This document shows positions 34,524 to 43,256 of a DNA stretch of 64,000 nt, piece after piece. Where the stretch lies: NCBI GenBank assembly GCA_023205875.1, contig CP060755.1, forward strand, positions 1,240,001-1,304,000, read 5' to 3'. Below the pieces are notes generated by a model. It was not told where the DNA came from. It made no database searches and worked only from the letters and a program-made list of their open reading frames with translations. Origin of the DNA: Chloropicon primus (lineage: Eukaryota). Both the position numbers and the translations under genes were made by a program. Position 1 is the stretch's first letter. Each line of letters starts with the position of its first letter.

Positions 34524-34601
34524 AATCGGGGCAAAGGGGCAGGGATGCACGCACACACGCACAGAAACCTGAATAAAAACGTTTTTAAACCTCCAGGTTC
34601 T

Positions 34602-37445
34602 TTATTTTGCGTCAAACCAAGTATCCGCAGACTTTGCGTCGACGTTCAGGGCCACGCTGAGAGGGTTGGTCCCATGGAAAGGGTACTCCATGCAGTGTCT
34701 CACCAGCTGCAGAGCCCTGTCCTTGGTCTCAGCAGGGCCCTCCAGCATAACTTCGTCGTGGACCTGAAGCAAGAGCGTCCAGCCCAACTCGTTCAGCTCT
34801 TTGTTCCTTTGAATTTCAAGCATAGCCAAGGTTGCTATATCAGCAGCACCGCCCTGGATGGGGGTGTTGATAGCAGCCCTCTCCAAATGCTTCCTGACCC
34901 CTGAATTCCTGCTGTTTATCTGATGCAGATGCCTCTGCCTTCCAAGAAGCGTACGGACGCTCTTGAGCTGGTGGGCTTCGACAATTCTCTCGTCCTGCCA
35001 GGTTTTGACTTCAGGCCTGTCCCGGTACCAACGGTTCAACGTCTCGTCCGCCTCCCTGAGCGACACCTTCCAATCCTTCGCGAGGCCGTGCGCAGTCTTC
35101 CCGTATGCTATAGAGAAATTCAGGACCTTTGCTTTCCTTCTCTCTGCGGCAAACATGTCTTTAATGAGAGGGACCGGGGGCTCGTCCCCATCCGCACCGC
35201 CTTTCCATTCCAAAAGGCATTCCCCCTTGTCCACTGCCTCTTGAATGTGCTCGTACATGCCAAGGGCGGTTCTGCTGTGAAAATCACCGCCACGCTCAAA
35301 GGCATCCAACATGCTGACACAGCCAGTCATATGGGCCAAAAGGCGGAGCTCAAGCTGCCCGTAATCGGCCACAATTAAGGTCTTCCCCTTCTTCACGTCT
35401 GCGGTGAAAGCCTGCCTAATTTTGTATCTGTCCTTCTCCAGCGCCGGCTGATTCTGGAGGTTTGGCCGCCTGGCGCTCAACCTCCCCGTCTCCGTGTTGA
35501 TATTCATGCTGCAATGAATCCTTCCCTTGCTGCACTTGATAGCGTCACCCTGCAGGGGAATGATGAAATTGCTTAACAACGTGTCGATCGCAGCAACGTC
35601 ACAAAGAGCATCCATCGCGGCGCAAGCTCGCAGGCCTTCCCGGCCTCCCCCGAACGCAGTGTAAGCAGTCCCTAGACCAAGCTCCTTGGCTTCTTTTTCT
35701 GACAAGTCAGATGTGTTTTCACGAAGGAGTTTCTTCGCCACACCTTGAGTTCCCGCGAGGCCACGGAGCATGGGCGTATTCGCACCAGGCCAGCCAGACG
35801 GTGTCGTGTGCTCCACGGGCAGCGGGCTTCGGACATCCTTGCCCCATAAACCGTGCAACTCTATGTCTATGTTCTTCTTGGGTTTCTTCTTGCCTTCTTC
35901 GATGAAGCCCGTCTCGTTGGGAACTTTGAAGACCCTGACCATCTCCACCGCTTCCGACGTCTTTTGGTTCAAAGCCCCCGCAAAGAGGAGCTGCCTCAGC
36001 TGGAGGGCACTCCCGATGTTCATCAACCTTGCGTCGGGCACTCGCTCCGAGGCCCACTCCCGGAAAAAGGTCTGGGCCTCGATCTGGTCTTCCGTGGCTA
36101 TCTTCTCAATTTTCGCGAGGTGTTCCTGATCAGCGAGAACGCCCACCTGCTCCATGTCGGTCAGCAGGCTGCCAAAAGGCCTCCAGAAGTTTGCGTAAAA
36201 CTCGTACATATTGAAGGACTTCCTGCCGTCCACAAGGTCTCTGTAGGTCTCTTGCATGTCCACCCCATCCCCAATGCAATCCGTTTCGAACAAGTTCCCC
36301 TCCAGGGCCTGGTAGAGGTTCCAAGTTGCTTCCGCGTCAAGCGTGCAGTACTTTATCCACTTCCCCCTCGTCTCCTCGCCCTGCTGAAGCTCGTCTACCG
36401 GAGGGAGAACCACCAGCTTGCCCTCCGTCCCGTCCTTCTTTATGTTTGGCTTCCCGAAGATTTCCTTCATCGAAGTCTTCTTGAACAGGCTCGCTTTCTC
36501 TCCGAGCAACTTGGAGTCCCCACTCAGAGACTCGAGGCTGTAACCACCCTTCGTCAGCCGCGAGCTGTCGTACAACCGAGCCATGTGCATGGTGTCCCCG
36601 AAAAAGCCTCTGCACTGGATCCCATCGTTCGCGAAAATATGACGGTCAAAACTGTAGTTGTGCCAAACCTTCTTTATCGAGGGATCCTCCATGAATGGCT
36701 TGAACGTCTGCAGGATACCCTCCCTGTCGTCGCAGTCCAGGAGGTCCACCCAAATTTTGCTCTGCCTCGAGCCGTTGGCGACGCCCACCCCAAAGTGGGC
36801 GTCAGGACCGCAGAAGAGGGAGAACGAGATCATCTTGCCGTGGCCCACCGGAGACGCCGTCTTGACGTCGATATCAGCGACCTCCGTGTCGCAGGCGTAG
36901 CACTTGTCCTTGTACCTGCTCGACAGCAGCGCCACGACGCGCTGGGCTTGGGTGACGTTGTCGACCGTGTACACGTCCGCGGGAACGGGCTCGTACTCGG
37001 CCTCCGCCTTCGCCTGCGCGTCGATCGCCTCTGCTGGGGCCTCCCCGACCTCCACCTCGGGCGTCGCGGGCTTGCCCTGCTGCTCCGTCTCCGCCTCCGC
37101 CAGCTCGCTCTCGGGGGCCGCCGCGCTGGAGACCCCCAAGTCCTCCGAGGACACCCGCAAGATGTACTGCAGGTCTCGACTCTCCTCCCGCTTCTCCAAA
37201 GAGTAGGCCCTCCGCCTCGACTCCCCCTGCTTCCTGATGGCCTCGAGCCTCTGCTTCTCCGAGCTCGTCGCGCTCTTGAACGGCGAGCTCAGCAGCCGGA
37301 CGGAGACCCTGCCGCTCCCCTGGAGCGTCCAGCCCCGCTTCGCAGTCCTCAAAGCAAACTTCAACATACCAAAGTTCCTGCTGCTACACTTGCAATTTTG
37401 CAAAGCTCTTTCGGTTCGAGGGCCTTTCCAAGATATGCTTGACAT
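34602..37445 (-). CDS. POP: Organellar DNA polymerase (POP, family A, with 3'-5' exonuclease)
   Basis: ACDTEV, HNYSFD, TETGRLSARRPNLQNQPALEKDRY, ADYGQLELR, ERRKAKVLNFSIAYG, QVHDE. Presequence at the N-terminus. Confidence 0.93.
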   Translation of the reverse strand: MSSISWKGPRTERALQNCKCSSRNFGMLKFALRTAKRGWTLQGSGRVSVRLLSSPFKSATSSEKQRLEAIRKQGESRRRAYSLEKREESRDLQYILRVSSEDLGVSSAAAPESELAEAETEQQGKPATPEVEVGEAPAEAIDAQAKAEAEYEPVPADVYTVDNVTQAQRVVALLSSRYKDKCYACDTEVADIDVKTASPVGHGKMISFSLFCGPDAHFGVGVANGSRQSKIWVDLLDCDDREGILQTFKPFMEDPSIKKVWHNYSFDRHIFANDGIQCRGFFGDTMHMARLYDSSRLTKGGYSLESLSGDSKLLGEKASLFKKTSMKEIFGKPNIKKDGTEGKLVVLPPVDELQQGEETRGKWIKYCTLDAEATWNLYQALEGNLFETDCIGDGVDMQETYRDLVDGRKSFNMYEFYANFWRPFGSLLTDMEQVGVLADQEHLAKIEKIATEDQIEAQTFFREWASERVPDARLMNIGSALQLRQLLFAGALNQKTSEAVEMVRVFKVPNETGFIEEGKKKPKKNIDIELHGLWGKDVRSPLPVEHTTPSGWPGANTPMLRGLAGTQGVAKKLLRENTSDLSEKEAKELGLGTAYTAFGGGREGLRACAAMDALCDVAAIDTLLSNFIIPLQGDAIKCSKGRIHCSMNINTETGRLSARRPNLQNQPALEKDRYKIRQAFTADVKKGKTLIVADYGQLELRLLAHMTGCVSMLDAFERGGDFHSRTALGMYEHIQEAVDKGECLLEWKGGADGDEPPVPLIKDMFAAERRKAKVLNFSIAYGKTAHGLAKDWKVSLREADETLNRWYRDRPEVKTWQDERIVEAHQLKSVRTLLGRQRHLHQINSRNSGVRKHLERAAINTPIQGGAADIATLAMLEIQRNKELNELGWTLLLQVHDEVMLEGPAETKDRALQLVRHCMEYPFHGTNPLSVALNVDAKSADTWFDAK

Positions 37446-37651
37446 AATGCGGCTGCCAAGGAGGCCTTACACCATGGCACGCCCGAGCGCTCCCTTCCCC
37501 AAAGACACCCCGTGCGCCTCCCCCTCCCTTGCGCGCGCGCCCAAGAGATAGACTAGACTTCCCCTTCTCTCGCTACTGGTGGTTTTCCCCCTTCTCTGAT
37601 ATCCCTCCCGCCAAAACTAAAAATCTACTATGGGTGGCTCGAGGCAGAGGA

Positions 37652-37685
37652 AGGCCAAGGCCAAGGCCAAGGCCAAGGCCAAGGC
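37652..37685. repeat. (CCAAGG)n hexamer tandem repeat, intergenic
   Basis: ggccaaggccaaggccaaggccaaggccaaggc is directly visible. Confidence 0.85.
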
Positions 37686-37798
37686 GATGGTTGTGCTGCT
37701 TTGGGATCCAAAGTGAAACAATAAGAAATAGTAATACAAGCAGGATATATATATATATAGAGAGAGAGAGCGACAGAGGGGACAACTCCACTCCCTGA

Positions 37799-39640
37799 TC
37801 AGCTGGAGATGAGCTCGTACTCTGCTTTGATGGACTTGACGACGAGGGAGACCTCCAGGACCGCGGCCATTTGAGCGAGACGATCGATCTCGAGAACGGT
37901 GGACTGGAAGTGCTCGGCCGCCGAGACGAAGAGCTTTGCGGCCTCCCTCCTCTGGATCTTCGGGGAGATGCTCAGGGCGACGTCCTCGAAGGCGTCTTGC
38001 TCCAAGAACCCGTTCTGCTCCGGGTCCTTCATCGTCAGCACCCTCTGCCACTTTTGTATCCTGAGCTCCTGGCCGCTGAGAATGTACCGCAGCAGGAACT
38101 CGTTCACGCTCTTCTTCGTGTACTGCACGTACTTGGACTGGTACTGCTGGATGATTCCGTCGATGGAGGTGACCGTGGCACCCGGGTACAAGCTCGACAG
38201 GAGCTTCTCGAAGTGGATCTGGTTGGCCAGGGGCACGATCGACGTGATGCTCCTGAACTGCATCACGTACATCCACAGGGTGTCGTCGATGGTTCCGCTC
38301 ATGAGGCCCACGAAGAGCCTGACCGTGGCCTCCTCCTTGTTGTAGTGGGACTTGAGAGAGGACAGGATGTCAAAAGCAACGTGCACTACGGTAGTCTTCA
38401 AGCCGTAGATGTCCTCGAGGTACGTGTAAAAGAAGTCCTCCAGGAACTCGTCTTGGGTGTCGTCGTCCGGGTTTGCGCTCTCCTTCGCCTTGTACTTGGC
38501 TTGGAGGATGTTCCTGACCAGCCTCGAGAGCTTCGGCAAGTCGAAGTTCCTCTGGTACCTCGGTATGGAGTCCACATCCTCGGCGTACTTGCGATACCTG
38601 CTCCAAATTCTCTCGCTGTTGAAGACCTTGTCCCCGTGCTCCGACTTGGCGCTCACCTCGGATTCTATGTACTGATGCTCTTGCAAGAGACCCAACTCCT
38701 TGATCTCTTCCCCTTTGCCCGGGAAGCTGTTCAGCGCGCTCATCAGAGCGTGGAGCTCCTTCTGCACGATCGAGATGTCCCCCACGAAACTGTGCCTCAA
38801 GTTCGGGATCTTCTCCGTGGAGGTTCCCTCCAGCAGGCTCTCGTACTCGTCCATCACCGCGTTCTGCAGGAGGCACAGCTGCTTCGTCAGCTTTGTGAAG
38901 TCGTCGAAGGCCTCCTTCTTCCCCGAGCCCTCGGTCTGAGTGCGCAAACCCGTGAACTTCTGGTGGAGATGCTTCAAGTACCTCCTCTTGCCCTCCAGGT
39001 CCTGCAGCTTGTTGGAGACCTGGGTGGAGTTCCTCTTCCAGCTCTCGACCTCGTGCTCGAGCCGGGAGAGGTCGCGCGACTTCTCCACGACCAAGTTCGA
39101 GTGGTCCAGCTTGCAAGCGTTCAAGTCGTCGCTCGTCATCTTGAGCTTGTACTCGAGTTCCAGGACGCGGCTCTCGAGCTCGTTTGGCTGGTACTTCTGC
39201 TGTCCCAGCGCCTTGAGCCGGCTCACCTCGTCCTCGAGCTCAGTCACCTTGGACCGCAGGGCGGAGTTCTCCTCGTTCAAGCGGTCCACCTCCACCGAGC
39301 GCCTCGCTGCGATGTCAAAGTACGGCACCTTCTCAAGGCAGTCCACGTTCGCCACGGAGGCAATTGGGGAGGTGCAGACCTCGTTGCTGTACACGGCTTC
39401 GAGGATGTCCCCCGTGAGCTTCTGGAGGAACCCTTGGAACGGGCCAATCACCTTGGCAGAGAGCAGCTCGCGCAGCACCGCGACGCTCACGGCTATCCTT
39501 TTGACTGTGAGCTCTGATTCCCCCCCTATCGTGCAAAGCAGCTCGCTGTACCTCGCCTCGAACTGCAGGGGCAAGGACCGCATCTTTCCCTTCCCCTCTA
39601 GTATACTCCGTCCCTTTCCCATCCTCCCTCTCGCGGACAT
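37799..39640 (-). CDS. Coiled-coil protein with TSNAXIP1-like C-terminal helical/EF-hand-like region
   Basis: Coiled coil followed by EDFFYTYLEDIYG..VAFDILSSL..VRLFVGLMSG, and an EF-hand-like DPEQNGFL. Confidence 0.45.
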   Translation of the reverse strand: MSARGRMGKGRSILEGKGKMRSLPLQFEARYSELLCTIGGESELTVKRIAVSVAVLRELLSAKVIGPFQGFLQKLTGDILEAVYSNEVCTSPIASVANVDCLEKVPYFDIAARRSVEVDRLNEENSALRSKVTELEDEVSRLKALGQQKYQPNELESRVLELEYKLKMTSDDLNACKLDHSNLVVEKSRDLSRLEHEVESWKRNSTQVSNKLQDLEGKRRYLKHLHQKFTGLRTQTEGSGKKEAFDDFTKLTKQLCLLQNAVMDEYESLLEGTSTEKIPNLRHSFVGDISIVQKELHALMSALNSFPGKGEEIKELGLLQEHQYIESEVSAKSEHGDKVFNSERIWSRYRKYAEDVDSIPRYQRNFDLPKLSRLVRNILQAKYKAKESANPDDDTQDEFLEDFFYTYLEDIYGLKTTVVHVAFDILSSLKSHYNKEEATVRLFVGLMSGTIDDTLWMYVMQFRSITSIVPLANQIHFEKLLSSLYPGATVTSIDGIIQQYQSKYVQYTKKSVNEFLLRYILSGQELRIQKWQRVLTMKDPEQNGFLEQDAFEDVALSISPKIQRREAAKLFVSAAEHFQSTVLEIDRLAQMAAVLEVSLVVKSIKAEYELISS

Positions 39641-40009
39641 CTCTCCCACCACCACTGGCCAACCAACAAAGGACCAAGGCCAAAGCCAAGGCCAAACTCC
39701 TCCCCTCCTTTCCTTTCAAAACCCAGAAAACCCAGAATCAAAGGCGCGGGAGTGGGGTCGACCCTCCGGGCGACGAGGTGAAGGAGTGGAACCCTTGGGA
39801 TAGTGCGCGCGCTGGCGATGGTCGAGGCCAAGGCAGAATCGTCCAAGGAAACGCCGAGAACAAAACGAGCTCGCTTTGCTCTTCAGCAGCAGCAGCAGCA
39901 GCATCTTCAGCATCAATCATCAGCATCAGCCTCGTCGTCGTCACCCTTTTTGCTTTGATTGGGCGTGCGTCTCGAGAAGTGGTTGTTGGGTTGGCCGGAC
40001 AAGTTTGCG

Positions 40010-40657
40010 ATGGAGGCGGAGCAGCGGCAAGAGCCGTGCGACCCCTTCGGGCGGGACCCTGACTCTGCGTTTGGCGAGACCTCGCCGGATCCCACCGCGG
40101 GCTACGCCTTCGCAACGCCGCGAAAGTACCTCAAGAAGTGGTTCTTGGTGAGGTCGGGCTTCGACACCAAGGCGGCAGCTCTGGAGCACCTGCAGGGCGG
40201 GAAGCCGAACATGCGCTCGTACAAATACATGAGCGCGTCCAAGGGCGGCAGGAACACCGGGGCTGCCTACTACTACCAGTGCCAAGTCCACGAGGACTGC
40301 GCGCACCAAGTGAAGGTTCGGAAGGAGAACGCCAAGTGGGAAGTCTTCGGGAACGGAGCCCCTCACAGCCGAGGCCTGAGGGGCACGAAGCGGGGTATTC
40401 CCTCGATGCTTCGCTTGGACTTGGCCCCCTACTTCCTCTCCGCGACAGGCTTCGGGCCCATGAAAGCGAAGAAGCACTTGCTGCTCGAGTACGAGCGGGA
40501 GTTAAGCGGGGCGTGCGTCAGGGAGAAGCACCGGCTGCTCCTGGCGGTGACGCGTGAGCAGATCAGTCGCTTCAAGAACAGCCTGCTGCGCAGTAAGAAG
40601 AGGAGACCGAGGGGCAGAGAGGAGGGGGAGGAGACCGAGGGGCCGTTCGCTCCATGA
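40010..40657 (+). CDS. Orphan protein with a WRKY-GCM1/MULE-type zinc-finger-like segment
   Basis: YYYQC.VHEDC..QVKV...WEV....H pattern followed by a helical region and a basic tail. Codon usage matches neighbouring genes. Confidence 0.5.
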   Translation: MEAEQRQEPCDPFGRDPDSAFGETSPDPTAGYAFATPRKYLKKWFLVRSGFDTKAAALEHLQGGKPNMRSYKYMSASKGGRNTGAAYYYQCQVHEDCAHQVKVRKENAKWEVFGNGAPHSRGLRGTKRGIPSMLRLDLAPYFLSATGFGPMKAKKHLLLEYERELSGACVREKHRLLLAVTREQISRFKNSLLRSKKRRPRGREEGEETEGPFAP

Positions 40658-40789
40658 CGTTTCGTTTTTTTCGTTCATTCCTCACCTCAATTTTATCGCA
40701 ATTTTCCTCGGGTGTAACGCTCGGCGGGGATTTGCGACCAACTGGGACGGGTTCCCGACAGAAGACGTCGTCTCCTGCGCGCCTCCCGA

Positions 40790-40823
<34 letters not shown>

Positions 40824-40871
40824 GGACTTAGCGCAGAAGAGAGTCATTCCCTTGCAGCAGCGACCGAGCTC

Positions 40872-43157
40872 ATGATGAGAGAGTCCAGCAGGTCTTCTTG
40901 CGCCGTGGCTGCCCTCGCCGCCCTCGCCTTGTTGTGCGCGTCGACTGCCTCCGCGGCGGACAAGCACTTCAGGATCGTGACGGACCTCGCGAGCGAGGCG
41001 CCCTCCAATGTGGAGGTCCAGGTGCTCGGGGCCCCCCAGCAGCCCTTCAACAGGAGCGCTCCGAACGTGATGGACTCCACGCTCCTGGAGGACTTCCACA
41101 AGGAGTTCTCCTTCATGCAGGACATCGGGAGCGACGCTGCGGACTGGAACACCTTCGAGTCGACGAGCCTGCCCTACGTCGCTGCGATCGAGAAGGCCTA
41201 CGTCGAGGGCGAGAACGGGCTCGTTTGGGACGTCGAGGGAAACATCTACCACGAGAAGAACATGTTCTTCGAGAGGACGACGCCGAACCCGATGCCGACC
41301 GAGGTGACCGCCAACAAGATCTTCCAGGCGACGAGGAAGGAGCACTTCCCCCTCCTGGCGACCACGATCCAGAGGTACGGCCACATGTACTACCACTTCG
41401 TGGTGGAGACCCTGCCAAAGCTCGCTCTCCTCAAGGAGGCCGGGTTGCCCGAGGGGACCAAGATCTTGATGTGGGGGGAGTCCTACGAGCAGAAGTTCTT
41501 GGACGTCCTTGGAATCCCCCAGGAGATGGTGGTGAAGTACGACCCCCTCAAGGTCTACACCGCGGACGTCTTGTACTTCCCCACCCCGGTGCCAAGGATC
41601 ACGCCCGCGCGCGAGGCCTTGGAGCTGACCAGGGAGGAGCTCGGCGCCGGCGAAGCCTTGCCGGAGTCCGAGAGGGACCTGATCATCTACTGCACGCGCA
41701 AGCAGGCCTCCACCCGCTCCGTGTCGAACGAGCAGGAGCTGCTCAGCAGCCTCGAAGCCGCTTTCCCTGACGAGAAGGTCGTGGTGTACGACAACATCGA
41801 CGACGTCGCGACCCTTGTCGACCTTTTCAAGAGGGCCAAGGTCATCATGGGCCCCCACGGCGCGGGGTTGTCGCACATGCTCTTCGCCGCTCCAGGAACC
41901 CACGTCCTCGAGTTCCAGTTCATGAGGGACCCCCCAATGATGTTCTGGCACTTGGCGGCCGCCTTGAACCAGGACTACTGGCTGCTCCCCGTCGCGAACG
42001 CGTGGTGGATGCAGAAGGAGATGCACATCCCTGTCGAGGAAGTCGTCGACATGGTCGCTGCCATGCTCAAGAACGAGGGCCCTGGCTCTTGTCCGCCTGG
42101 CACGAGAGTGCTCGGAGACGGGACGTGCGAGACCTGCCCCGCGGGTACGTACGCGTTCAACGGAGACTCCGCAGTCTGCAAGCCATGCTCTTCTGGCAGA
42201 TTTGCTTTCGAGGAGGGAAGCGCCGCTTGCAGGACGTGCCCAGTCGACACCTACGCCGAGGGCGGAAACATGTGCGTGAAGTGTCCATTGGACAGAATCA
42301 GCTGGATCCCAGGGGCCAGCAGCAAGGACCAGTGCTTGACGTACAACGAGCACAAGGCTCTTCTCAGGGACATCTCCCTGAACTTGCAGATGCTGCAGAA
42401 GCTGTCCCCAAGGAGCAGGAAGGTGACCAGGCGTGCTTTGATTGAGGCGACTACCTATGGGGAGCCAAACGCCTACGTCGGTGGCCAAGAAATCCCAGAG
42501 ACCGAGCAGAACATCACAGCCTTCGCGGGACCAACGGAGGAGGAGATCATCGAGGCTTGCAGACTCAAGGAAACCTTCAGTGACCCCTACATGGCACCTC
42601 CAGTTCTGGATGACATTGACTGTTCCAGTATCTCTGCCATGTCCAAGGACGAGACCGGGAAGGACGTGCAGCCAAGCGCATCTCAGCCAAACAGGGCCCA
42701 CCACCCTCACCACTTTGTGCACGACAGGCACTGCCTCACGGGAATGGCGATCAAGGGCACTGTCGATCACAACAGGGGCGGGCGCGGCAGGCAGCCAGCT
42801 TGCGTGTCTTGCGACCTCCCAATGCTCCTCGACATCACGAAGTGCAACGCCATGGATGCCTCGGAGGAGTGCTGCAGAGCTGCCAAGGCCTGGAACAACG
42901 GCGGATGCATGTGCGCGCACTCCAGTCATAAGCTCGCCAAGGAGATGGGCGCCTCCCACGCGTTGATGAAGGCTCTGGCGAACCAGTGCGACTTCACTAC
43001 GTTGAGTGAGCATCAGGGCAACTGCCCCGCAAAGGCCGCTGGGCACTTCAGGTCCGCGGATGCTGCGAACTCTGCTGCATTCTCGGCGTGGAACACCCTC
43101 ATTCCAGCCACTCTTGGTGCAGGTTTCTTGCTCATGTTTGCTCTCTTCACCGAGTAA
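40872..43157 (+). CDS. GT61-family glycosyltransferase with signal peptide, Cys-rich GCC2/GCC3-like repeats, a second Cys-rich domain and a C-terminal hydrophobic (GPI/TM) tail
   Basis: YYHFVVETLPKL, RSVSNEQEL, IMGPHGAGLSHMLF, VLEF. Repeats CPPGT..CETCPAGTY..CKPC..GRF. Hydrophobic segments at both termini. Confidence 0.8.
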   Translation: MMRESSRSSCAVAALAALALLCASTASAADKHFRIVTDLASEAPSNVEVQVLGAPQQPFNRSAPNVMDSTLLEDFHKEFSFMQDIGSDAADWNTFESTSLPYVAAIEKAYVEGENGLVWDVEGNIYHEKNMFFERTTPNPMPTEVTANKIFQATRKEHFPLLATTIQRYGHMYYHFVVETLPKLALLKEAGLPEGTKILMWGESYEQKFLDVLGIPQEMVVKYDPLKVYTADVLYFPTPVPRITPAREALELTREELGAGEALPESERDLIIYCTRKQASTRSVSNEQELLSSLEAAFPDEKVVVYDNIDDVATLVDLFKRAKVIMGPHGAGLSHMLFAAPGTHVLEFQFMRDPPMMFWHLAAALNQDYWLLPVANAWWMQKEMHIPVEEVVDMVAAMLKNEGPGSCPPGTRVLGDGTCETCPAGTYAFNGDSAVCKPCSSGRFAFEEGSAACRTCPVDTYAEGGNMCVKCPLDRISWIPGASSKDQCLTYNEHKALLRDISLNLQMLQKLSPRSRKVTRRALIEATTYGEPNAYVGGQEIPETEQNITAFAGPTEEEIIEACRLKETFSDPYMAPPVLDDIDCSSISAMSKDETGKDVQPSASQPNRAHHPHHFVHDRHCLTGMAIKGTVDHNRGGRGRQPACVSCDLPMLLDITKCNAMDASEECCRAAKAWNNGGCMCAHSSHKLAKEMGASHALMKALANQCDFTTLSEHQGNCPAKAAGHFRSADAANSAAFSAWNTLIPATLGAGFLLMFALFTE

Positions 43158-43256
43158 ATCATTATTTCAAAACAACTTAATTTATTACTTAGGGACCCTT
43201 TTTGTCACCGTCCAAGCCCCCTTTTGCAATTTTCTTAATGTACACCATGAGTCAAT

